From an uncultured Bacteriovoracaceae bacterium (lineage in GTDB: Bacteria; Bdellovibrionota; Bacteriovoracia; Bacteriovoracales; Bacteriovoracaceae), in assembly GCA_964012805.1 (NCBI GenBank), contig CAXGUD010000053.1:1-23647 (forward strand): a stretch of DNA of 23,647 nt, given 5' to 3'. The notes beneath the pieces were generated by a model, which saw nothing but the letters and a program-made list of their open reading frames with translations, was not told the DNA's origin and made no database searches. The stretch's first letter is position 1, and each line of letters opens with the position of its first letter. This document shows positions 15,995 to 23,647 of the stretch, piece after piece. Both the position numbers and the translations under genes were made by a program.

Positions 15995-17085
15995 TAGCGG
16001 AAAGGCCAAGTCAAAAAATACCTTTTAACCTTAAGCCAAACTCCGTAAAGCCCAAATGGTTCATAAATTAGTATAATACAGACAAGTACACTAAAAAGAA
16101 GTGTTGATTGCTGAGCGTTTGTGAGCTTGTTTATCAAAGGTAAATGAGACCCCACCCACTCCATCATAGGAGAGCAAATAATAAAAACCAAAGCACCGGC
16201 AACAGCTCCGAATGTTGTTCCTACTCCACCTAGGACAATCATTGTTATATATTGAATACTCAGGCTGAGATCAAAGGGTGGAACAATTGTGATATACTGC
16301 TGCTGAAGAGCAAAAGCACCTCCAGCAACTCCGGCCAAAAAGGACGAGATGCCAAAGGCAGCAATTTTTGCGACAGCGGGGTTTACACCAATGACTGAAG
16401 CTGCCAGATCACTTTCCCTTACGGCCATCATCGACCTTCCCAAGGTGGACCTTCTAATATTTGAGCAAAGAAAAGCTGACCCTAAGGCAAGAAGGGCCAA
16501 AATAAAATAGATCTTGTGAGCAAATGAAACCCTAAAACCAAAAATTTCAGAGGGCCTTGAAAAAGCCCCGAGTCCTCCCTCACCTTCTACTTTAGTAAAA
16601 CCAAGGTGAGTAGGAACGCTTAGGCCAGAAACTCCTCCCGTATATTCAGGAAAACTCATAAGAATATGCTCAGTCAAAAAGAGAAGCCCCAAAGTCACAA
16701 TGGCCAGGTAAAGACCCCTCAACCTAAGAGCAAAGGGACCAATGATAAGACCTATCAAAGAAGCGAGTATTCCTGCTATGGGTAAAGCAAGCCAAAAGGG
16801 GATGTGAAAACGCGCACCTAAAATAGCGACAGTGTATGCTCCGATTCCTAAAAAGGCAGCATGACCTAAACTTATTTGGCCAGCAAAACCCGTCAAAATC
16901 ATAAGGGCAACAGAACCAATAACAGCAATAAAGGCCTGATTAAGGATTGTTAGCCAATAAGAACTCGCCACAAAGGGAAAGAGGATTAAGATTGTAAAAC
17001 CAATCCATAAACCTATTTTATCCCAGAGGTCAGGAAATCTTTCTAGATCTTGAGTATAACTTGTGACAAGTTTTCTTGTTGGCAT
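15991..17085 (-). CDS. livM: HAAT-family ABC permease, LivM-like (acyl-CoA synthetase-associated subtype)
   Basis: GFAGQISLGHAAF, LRLRGLYLAIVTL, GRSMMAVRE, MIVLGGVG, C-terminal KRYFLTWPFRY. Confidence 0.92.
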   Translation of the reverse strand: MPTRKLVTSYTQDLERFPDLWDKIGLWIGFTILILFPFVASSYWLTILNQAFIAVIGSVALMILTGFAGQISLGHAAFLGIGAYTVAILGARFHIPFWLALPIAGILASLIGLIIGPFALRLRGLYLAIVTLGLLFLTEHILMSFPEYTGGVSGLSVPTHLGFTKVEGEGGLGAFSRPSEIFGFRVSFAHKIYFILALLALGSAFLCSNIRRSTLGRSMMAVRESDLAASVIGVNPAVAKIAAFGISSFLAGVAGGAFALQQQYITIVPPFDLSLSIQYITMIVLGGVGTTFGAVAGALVFIICSPMMEWVGSHLPLINKLTNAQQSTLLFSVLVCIILIYEPFGLYGVWLKVKRYFLTWPFRY

Positions 17086-17981
17086 TACAACCGCTCCACT
17101 TCTTTTAAACCAAAAAGACCATAAGGCCTAAAAATGAGAAAAGCTATCATGACGATATATGGAAAAACTGCATGAAAGTTTTGACCAAAGTTGCCAAGCA
17201 AAGGATTTACATACCCTTGGGCATAAACCTCTACAACACCTAATAAAACTCCAGCTAAAATTGTTCCCCCAACACTTTCAAGACCTCCCACAATGACGGC
17301 GGGAAAGGCCCTCAAAGCGACATAACTTAATCCCATATCCGCTTGCCTTGGAAACATTGAAAGGAGGACCCCTCCTAAAGCAGCAAAAGCTGCCGACAAA
17401 AACCAGGTGGCACCAAGAATTCGACCAACCGGAATCCCCATGGCCAAAGCAGTCTCTTGATCACTCGCCGTCGCCCTCATAGCAACTCCAAACCTCGTAA
17501 ATGAAATCATAAGAAAAAACCCACCGAGGGCAAAAGCTGCTCCAAATATGGCCGCAAGAGAATTATACCAGATACTCACTTCACCTAACTTAAAAGCTTT
17601 CATTGCGTCCCAAGGAGTCGGCATACCCATGGGATCACTTCCCCAAACAACATGGGCAGTAGCATGAAGAATGGCCCCTATAAAAATAGTGACAATAATA
17701 GTGACAAAAATTGGCCTTCCCACAAGCGGTCTCAAAATACTCCGCTCGACAAGCCCTCCCAATAGACCTGTTCCAATCATCGTTCCTAAAAGAGCAAGCC
17801 CCCAGGGAACACCTGCTTCTAATAAAGCAATCATTCCAAAAGCTCCCCAAGTTAAAAACTCTCCCTGGGCAAAGTTAAAAACCTGACTGCCTCTATAAAT
17901 GACAGAAAAGCCTAATGCCACCAGGGCGTAAATGGCCCCTAAAGCTATCCCTGAAACAGTGAGTTCCAAAAAATTAGTCAT
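17085..17981 (-). CDS. livH: HAAT-family ABC permease, LivH-like
   Basis: GAIYALVALGFSVIY...FNFAQGE, GVAMRATA, AFPAVIVGGLES, RPYGLFG..EVERL; TAATG coupling to livM. Confidence 0.92.
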   Translation of the reverse strand: MTNFLELTVSGIALGAIYALVALGFSVIYRGSQVFNFAQGEFLTWGAFGMIALLEAGVPWGLALLGTMIGTGLLGGLVERSILRPLVGRPIFVTIIVTIFIGAILHATAHVVWGSDPMGMPTPWDAMKAFKLGEVSIWYNSLAAIFGAAFALGGFFLMISFTRFGVAMRATASDQETALAMGIPVGRILGATWFLSAAFAALGGVLLSMFPRQADMGLSYVALRAFPAVIVGGLESVGGTILAGVLLGVVEVYAQGYVNPLLGNFGQNFHAVFPYIVMIAFLIFRPYGLFGLKEVERL

Positions 17982-19780
17982 GGATAGAGCTCCTCAATTA
18001 AATCTCTCCAAATCTCTACGATGGCCTTCCTCCGAACCTTTTGAGTTGCCGTCAACTCGCCATCATCCTGATGGAGTTCCTTTGGAAAAAGCCTAAAGGC
18101 CCTCACATTCTCAACTTGTGCCAGATTATTATTGGCCTTATGAATTTCTGATTGAATTAAGTCCTGAACTTCTTTTTTTGAACTCAAATCTGGAAAATCT
18201 GTATAAGGAATTTTTCTTCTCGTGGCCCAATCACCAACTGCATCTCTATCTATTTGAACAAGTGCCCCTATATATTTTCGTCTATCACCAATTGCAACAA
18301 CTTCTTTAATATAGGGGGATAATTTAAGCACGTTTTCTATTTTTTCGGGAGATAAGTTTTTTCCTCCTGCCGTAATAATAATTTCTTTTTTCCGGCCAGT
18401 TATTTTAAGACGACCATTGGGGTCTACAGAGCCTATATCACCTGTATGGAGCCAACCATCTTTATCAATGGCCTCCGCCGTTTTTTCAGGATCATTATAA
18501 TAGCCTAGAAAAACTTGAGGTGCCTTTATTAGGATTTCACCATCCTCAGCCGTCTTACAATGGAGGTCCCCAACAGGAAGGCCAACATCACCGATATGAA
18601 TATCCCAAGGCCTATTGACATGGGAAATACCGCTACACTCTGTCATTCCAAAACCTTCACTAATAGAAATTCCAACAGCTGAAAACCACTCTAGTAATTC
18701 TTCACCAATGGGAGCGGCTCCACTTATAGGAAAGCGGACATTTCTTAACCCCAATCTTTCCTGAAGTGGTCTATAAATAAGAAGGTCATATATAAATTGG
18801 CCAAGACGATCTTTAAAATCTTGATCCTTTTTTCTTGTTCTTTTGAGGCCACTTTGAATCGCCCATTGAAAAAGCGTCTTTTTTAGCCAAGAACTATCCT
18901 TCATTTTAAGAGTTGCGGTCGCATGCATTTTTTCCCAAATTCTAGGAACTCCTAAAAAAATCGTGGGTGAAACTTCACGGAGGTCTTCTTGAATGGTATT
19001 AATCGATTCACCAAAGTGAACAATACTCCCTGTTGTTAGTGGTATGAAAAGGGAAAAGATTTTTTCAGCAACATGACAAAGAGGAAGGTAAGAAAGAAGG
19101 GTATCCTGTGGACCCATTTCCACTTCTTCAAAAACTCCATCAGCGGCTACAGTAACGTTTCGACCACTGAGCATCGCTCCTTTGGGTTGTCCTGTCGTTC
19201 CTGAAGTGTAAATGACCATACAACAACCTTCGGGATCCAAAAAAGAAACCCTCTTTTTTAAAAAGTCCGATTCCTTTTTAAAGAGTTCTTTTCCTACTCT
19301 TTCTATACTCTCCCAAGTTTTTAGACGATCATCATTTAAATTCCGCATGCCTTTTGGATCAATCACGATCACGTGCTCAACGGTTGGAGTTTCTCCTCTA
19401 ACTTCTATAACTTTATCAACCTGCTCTTGATCTTCACAAATAACAACTTTACTTTGACTATGCTTAAGAATGTAAGCGACATCTTCAGGCGGGTTCGTGG
19501 GGTAAATCCCTACGCTTCTCGCCCCAAGAGTTTGAGTGGCCAAATCCCCAATAACCCACTCTCGGCAGTTATCAGAAAGGATCGAAAGATGGTCATTTTC
19601 TTTAATTCCAAGTTCTCTAAAGGCCAGGGCCATCGATTCAACCCACTCTCTATATTCAGTCCATGTTGTTTCTTCCCAAATTCCTTTTTTCTTTTCCCGG
19701 AGGGCGATTCGATCTGGGTATTGGATAGACCTCGCTAAAAGTTTTCCAGGAAGAGTTAATTCGGACGTGTTAGTGTCCAT
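17978..19780 (-). CDS. AMP-dependent synthetase, long-chain fatty acid-CoA ligase-like
   Basis: IYTSGTTGQPKG, LSYLPLCHVAE, GVPRIWEK, SGAAPI, EGFGMTE, GWLHTGDIG, GRKKEIIITAGGKN, ELTATQKVRR; ATGA overlap with livH. Confidence 0.93.
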   Translation of the reverse strand: MDTNTSELTLPGKLLARSIQYPDRIALREKKKGIWEETTWTEYREWVESMALAFRELGIKENDHLSILSDNCREWVIGDLATQTLGARSVGIYPTNPPEDVAYILKHSQSKVVICEDQEQVDKVIEVRGETPTVEHVIVIDPKGMRNLNDDRLKTWESIERVGKELFKKESDFLKKRVSFLDPEGCCMVIYTSGTTGQPKGAMLSGRNVTVAADGVFEEVEMGPQDTLLSYLPLCHVAEKIFSLFIPLTTGSIVHFGESINTIQEDLREVSPTIFLGVPRIWEKMHATATLKMKDSSWLKKTLFQWAIQSGLKRTRKKDQDFKDRLGQFIYDLLIYRPLQERLGLRNVRFPISGAAPIGEELLEWFSAVGISISEGFGMTECSGISHVNRPWDIHIGDVGLPVGDLHCKTAEDGEILIKAPQVFLGYYNDPEKTAEAIDKDGWLHTGDIGSVDPNGRLKITGRKKEIIITAGGKNLSPEKIENVLKLSPYIKEVVAIGDRRKYIGALVQIDRDAVGDWATRRKIPYTDFPDLSSKKEVQDLIQSEIHKANNNLAQVENVRAFRLFPKELHQDDGELTATQKVRRKAIVEIWRDLIEELYP

Positions 19781-20540
19781 CTTGAACCTCCTGTCCCATA
19801 TAAGCAGCTTTTACTCTAGGGTCTTTCTTTATTTCGTCAGGGGTTCCTTTCGTGATCATACTCCCAAAATCCATCACCACAATACTATCGGCCAAGTCTA
19901 AAACCATATGGAGGTGGTGCTCGATTAAAATTTGAGTGATATTAAATTCTTCTTTAATATCTAAGATATACCTTGCCATATCCTCTGTTTCTTCTTGATT
20001 AAGTCCAGCAGCTGGTTCATCTAAAAGAAGAATCGTTGGCTCTAAGCAAAGGGCCCTCGCTAATTCAACCCGCTTTAAAATTCCGTAAGGCAGGATACCA
20101 CAAGGCATGAGTCTGTAAGATTCCAGGTTTAAAAAATCAATAACTTCTTCGACTTTTTCTCTTTGTATAACTTCCTCATCCCTATAAGATTTGGTTCGAA
20201 GGACTTGTTTCCACCATGGGCTCTTATATAAATGGTGGCGGCCTATAAGAATATTCTCTAAAACAGTTAGATGTTCATAAAGGGCAATATTTTGAAACAT
20301 CCTTGCCAACCCTAAGGTGGCCCTTTTATGAGTGGATTTTGTCAAAAGGGAAGTTCCGTTTAGCTTTATATCCCCTTGATCTGGCTTATGAAGACCACTA
20401 AGAGTATTAAAAAGAGATGTTTTACCGGCGCCATTGGGCCCTATGATACTTAATAATTCTCCCTCTTCAACATCAAAGGAGACTCCATTAAGGGCCTTTA
20501 CCCCTGAAAAAGAGAGGTGAATATTTTCAAAAGATAACAT
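19770..20540 (-). CDS. livG: HAAT-family ABC ATP-binding protein, LivG-like
   Basis: GPNGAGKTS, ARMFQN, LPYGILKRVELARAL, LLLDEPAAGLN, LIEH, VKAAYMG. Start placed at ATG 20540 (TAATG overlap with the livF stop). Confidence 0.93.
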   Translation of the reverse strand: MLSFENIHLSFSGVKALNGVSFDVEEGELLSIIGPNGAGKTSLFNTLSGLHKPDQGDIKLNGTSLLTKSTHKRATLGLARMFQNIALYEHLTVLENILIGRHHLYKSPWWKQVLRTKSYRDEEVIQREKVEEVIDFLNLESYRLMPCGILPYGILKRVELARALCLEPTILLLDEPAAGLNQEETEDMARYILDIKEEFNITQILIEHHLHMVLDLADSIVVMDFGSMITKGTPDEIKKDPRVKAAYMGQEVQDGH

Positions 20541-21370
20541 TAGGAAAGCCACCTTTTTCGTCTTCTATAATGTTTAATATCACGAAAACTAGACTTATTA
20601 ACACCCATTCCCAAATAAAATTCTTGAATGTCTTCGTCTTCCTCCAACTCTTTGGGAGTTCCATCACGGACAATCTTTCCACTTTCTAAAATATATACGT
20701 AATCAGCGAGCTCCATTGCCACGGAGGCATTTTGCTCTACGATTAATAATGAAACTCCCTGCTTATGAACTTCTTTAATAATCCCCATCAATTGATGGAC
20801 AATTTTTGGTGCCAATCCTAAAGACGGTTCATCGAGGATTAAAAGCTTTGGTCCTGACATCAGCGCTCTAGAGATGGCAAGCATCTGCTGTTCACCGCCA
20901 GAAAGGTAACCCGCCAGACGGTTGCGGCTTTCCTTCAAAATTGGAAACCTCTCAAAGGACTCTTCGATTCTCCTTTTTGTATCCTCTGCACTCTTCCCCC
21001 ATGCCCCACTTTCTAAATTCTCAAGAACAGTTAAATCAGGAAAAATTCTTCTTCCCTCCATAACCTGGGCCATGCCTCTTGAGACTCTTTCTGTTGCACT
21101 TACTTTTTTAATATTCTTATCAAAAAAAGAGAGGCTTCCTTTTGTAATCCTCCCTTCGTGAATGTCCATAAGACCAGTAATGGCCCGAAGAGTAGTCGTT
21201 TTTCCTGCACCATTTGGACCTAAGAGAGCAACTATTTTACCTTGGGGAACTGAAAGGCTTACACCATTTAAGATTCTCATCACGCCATGATAGACTGTTT
21301 CTAAATTTTTGATTTGAAGGATAGGGCCAGCTTGTTCCTGTCCCTTTCCTTCGCGATGACTTTTACTCAC
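20540..21370 (-). CDS. livF: HAAT-family ABC ATP-binding protein, LivF-like
   Basis: GPNGAGKTT, VMEGRRIF, YLSGGEQQML, LDEPSLGLAP, VEQN, tail EFYLG...YRRRKRWLS. The probable start is GTG 21370, overlapping the upstream stop (GTGAGTAA); exact start uncertain. Confidence 0.9.
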   Translation of the reverse strand: MSKSHREGKGQEQAGPILQIKNLETVYHGVMRILNGVSLSVPQGKIVALLGPNGAGKTTTLRAITGLMDIHEGRITKGSLSFFDKNIKKVSATERVSRGMAQVMEGRRIFPDLTVLENLESGAWGKSAEDTKRRIEESFERFPILKESRNRLAGYLSGGEQQMLAISRALMSGPKLLILDEPSLGLAPKIVHQLMGIIKEVHKQGVSLLIVEQNASVAMELADYVYILESGKIVRDGTPKELEEDEDIQEFYLGMGVNKSSFRDIKHYRRRKRWLS

Positions 21371-22619
21371 TTTCTGCGTAACCGGCCACAACTTCCCAAG
21401 AACCTTTTTCAAAGACTGGCTTCAAAACTCGAACTCTAGTACCAGCTGAATAAGGGAAATTTTTAAAGCTTAGAGGTTGAATAAAACCATTTGCATCCCA
21501 TTTATCAAGAGCTGCCAATGATTTAGCATAACCGGCCCTTGTGATATCTCCGTTAGCTATAGCCCTTTTAGCAACTTCTAATGCGGCCAAACCTTGAATG
21601 TAAGATAAAAGTGTATAGGAATCTTGCCGTGCTTTACCTCCATACTTTTTGAAAGCATTCATAAATTTATCCATTCCAGGTAGTTTTTCCCCAAAATAAG
21701 GAGTTCCACTACACTGATAATAATTCATGAACATTGCGCGGGCCTTAACAGGAATCAACTTTGGGCTAAAAAAAGCATCAATCCAAGCGGGAGTACTTCC
21801 AATCCATATCGGCATATACTTCATTTTAGCAGCAGTTCCCAAAATGGGTCCTGTAGCACTTGGAAGAACTGAAAGAAGAATATGAGTTGCACCTGCACTT
21901 TTAAGGCTCGAAATAACTGCTGTCATATCTTTTTGCCCAGGCTTTGTTGGCTGTTCGGCAACAATCTTTAAGTTATGTTTTTTAGCAGATTCTCGCCAAC
22001 CTTTGAGGCCATCTTTACCATAATCATCATTTTGATAAATAATTGCCACTTTTAAAGTTGCTTTATCTTTAGCACTTTTCACAACCCAATCCATGGCCCT
22101 TTTAGCCTCGATCGTATAGGAAGGACCAACTGGAGGTGTTTGTTTATTTCCCGCCATAAGAGACGATAAAGAAGCTGGAAAAGCAATAATCTCAGAGCTT
22201 TCTAGGTGGGGAATAAGAGGCAAAGTAGTAGGTGTCCCAAAGCTTGTGGCAATGAAAAGAATATCATCTTGCATTTGCTTTAAGGACTGAACCGATTTTT
22301 GAGGGTTATAACCATGATCTCTTTCTACTAGCTCAACTTTCCACCCCTCTGGCAATATTTTAACTTCTCCAGCATTAACAGCTTTTGCTAAAATCCTCTT
22401 TCCCAAGGCATAAGGCTTCCCGATGAGAGCCGCCCGTCCACTTTCATCATTTAAGGTTCCAATTTTTATAGTCTTATTTTTAAGGTCGACACCTCTTCCA
22501 ACTTTGAGCTCTCCACCCTTTCCATCAGCAGACTTTTTACTTGCTCCCAGCGCAGAACTGTTAAAAATACTAATCAATAGAATTCCCGCAAGAAAGCCAA
22601 TCAATTTTCCCCTATCCAT
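21363..22619 (-). CDS. HAAT-family periplasmic substrate-binding protein (divergent from the first LivK; possibly binds hydrophobic acids)
   Basis: Signal peptide, GVD...IKIGTLNDESG, RDHGYNPQ, SFGTPT, IYQNDDYGKDG; GGAG RBS upstream; first gene of the second liv-type operon. Confidence 0.88.
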   Translation of the reverse strand: MDRGKLIGFLAGILLISIFNSSALGASKKSADGKGGELKVGRGVDLKNKTIKIGTLNDESGRAALIGKPYALGKRILAKAVNAGEVKILPEGWKVELVERDHGYNPQKSVQSLKQMQDDILFIATSFGTPTTLPLIPHLESSEIIAFPASLSSLMAGNKQTPPVGPSYTIEAKRAMDWVVKSAKDKATLKVAIIYQNDDYGKDGLKGWRESAKKHNLKIVAEQPTKPGQKDMTAVISSLKSAGATHILLSVLPSATGPILGTAAKMKYMPIWIGSTPAWIDAFFSPKLIPVKARAMFMNYYQCSGTPYFGEKLPGMDKFMNAFKKYGGKARQDSYTLLSYIQGLAALEVAKRAIANGDITRAGYAKSLAALDKWDANGFIQPLSFKNFPYSAGTRVRVLKPVFEKGSWEVVAGYAESE

Positions 22620-22691
22620 TGGGTAAACTCCTTTTTAAATTCAATGTGTGCACCTTTTAATTTGACGTTAATTGTTAAAATTTGGCAAGAA

Positions 22692-22707
22692 TTTTAAGTA
22701 CTTAAAA
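22692..22707. promoter_or_regulatory. Perfect 16-bp palindrome, candidate operator for the liv/acyl-CoA synthetase operon
   Basis: ttttaagtacttaaaa is its own reverse complement and lies about 70-90 nt upstream of the 22619 start. It is AT-rich, so chance cannot be excluded. Confidence 0.4.
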
Positions 22708-22836
22708 GCCATTAAATAAAATTAGTTGATCAAAAAATTAACGCAAAGCACAACCAATTAGCGAAATAAAGTGATACTTAAGAGAAGGGTTTTAAGAAAT
22801 GGCTTTTTTCCTATCTGTTTAAATCTCAGAATTAAA

Positions 22837-23034
22837 CTAAAATTCCAGAAACTCAAATTGGCCTTCAATACATTGAAATGAGATAGATGCTTTAATTTCA
22901 AAATCTAGGCATAACTCATTAATTATTTCTTCTTTTGGGTCCCACCAGTGAATGATTGACCGGTTACCGTAACCAATTGCAATTCCTCGAAAATTTTTAG
23001 TAGGTATGCTGCTCTCAATTAGGTGCTTTAACAT
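22837..23034 (-). CDS. Small hypothetical protein (65 aa), HWWxP paralog 1
   Basis: ATG at 23034 behind GGAGG; aligns end to end with the neighbouring ORF (25/66 identities by hand). Confidence 0.75.
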   Translation of the reverse strand: MLKHLIESSIPTKNFRGIAIGYGNRSIIHWWDPKEEIINELCLDFEIKASISFQCIEGQFEFLEF

Positions 23035-23189
23035 TAAGCCACCCTCCATAGTAGATGGTAGCTTATCTTGACTTTTACTTTAATTATGAGACTCCTGAAA
23101 AGAGTTGAACAAAGATTGAAAATCAATAAGAATTATTGCTTTGCTTATACCAGGAGCCAAAAGAACAGAGATCTGAGATTAGCTTGTAT

Positions 23190-23390
23190 TTAGACTTCTA
23201 AAATTTTCAGTTTACCTTTGACACAATTAAAAGAGACAGGGCCATTGATTTTTATATTAAGTGAAAGTCTGTAGATATCAGTTTTTCCTGGACTCCACCA
23301 ATGAACTTCGGATTTGCCATCCCCAGTCCTAATAACTATTCCCTGAAAATCTTCAAGGTTAATCTTACTTTTTAACAATTCACCTAACAT
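23190..23390 (-). CDS. Small hypothetical protein (66 aa), HWWxP paralog 2
   Basis: ATG at 23390 behind GGAG; full-length similarity to 22837..23034, with many conservative substitutions. Confidence 0.75.
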   Translation of the reverse strand: MLGELLKSKINLEDFQGIVIRTGDGKSEVHWWSPGKTDIYRLSLNIKINGPVSFNCVKGKLKILEV

Positions 23391-23563
23391 CACCAGAGCT
23401 CCAAGCAACCCAAAAATTAATCAACTAAACAAAGTACCTTCTTTAAGGCTTCATAATGATTATAAAAGATGCAGTGAAAAAGGCTCACTTTTTTCCAAAA
23501 AAGCGTTTTCCCTCACAAGCAAAGCAATTAAAGTTAGTTACTTAGAGGCAAAGACTTAAATTT

Positions 23564-23647
23564 TTAATGGTAGATAAAAGTAGAAAAAGGAAGATATTTA
23601 TAAAAGAGTTTGAAATCACCTCCAAGCAGCTCTTCATTGTCATTTTT
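23564..23647 (-). CDS. Possible 3' end of a CDS entering from beyond the window
   Basis: A minus-strand frame is open from the window edge: KNDNEELLGGDFKLFYKYLPFSTFIYH-stop. Too short to identify, and another minus frame is also open here. Confidence 0.3.
   Translation of the reverse strand, partial: KNDNEELLGGDFKLFYKYLPFSTFIYH

Noticed and set aside
1083..22626. Many short antisense or alternate-frame ORFs inside the liv, GH5, pepF, kinase and synthetase genes (e.g. 2405..2752, 6273..6764, 19373..19738, 19536..19901)
   Set aside because: They lie over well-supported genes and show no recognisable protein features.
22822..23180. 9-bp inverted match aatctcaga/tctgagatt near the stops of the two microproteins
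   Set aside because: Too short, and the orientation is inconsistent with a duplicated 3' element.
23473..23494. Weak hairpin agtga...tcact followed by a T run
   Set aside because: Only a 5-bp stem, and its orientation would end a plus-strand transcript for which no gene is evident.
22620..23647. Possible CRISPR array, toxin-antitoxin pair or mobile-element end around the small ORFs
   Set aside because: No regularly spaced direct repeats, transposase or integrase. The two ORFs are paralogues 155 nt apart, not an overlapping toxin-antitoxin pair.

Overview
AT-rich bacterial chromosomal window, tentatively from a Bdellovibrionota/Bacteriovoracia-like organism (inferred from composition and the kinase architecture, not proven). 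In order it holds: the 3' part of a COG3014-like protein; a complete livKHMGF-type (HAAT) ABC importer; two tandem, divergent, secreted GH5 endoglycoceramidase-like glycosidases, one with an N-terminal module of three 6-Cys repeats; an M3 oligoendopeptidase F divergent from a RimK/DcsG-like ATP-grasp protein; a membrane-anchored CheA-like kinase lacking a CheW domain plus a CheY-like regulator; a second HAAT operon with an embedded long-chain acyl-CoA synthetase; and two tandem paralogous ~65-aa unknown proteins. No rRNA, tRNA, CRISPR array or mobile element was seen. The best candidates for something new are the Cys-repeat/GH5 fusion, a possible glycolipid-scavenging locus, and the HWWxP microprotein pair.
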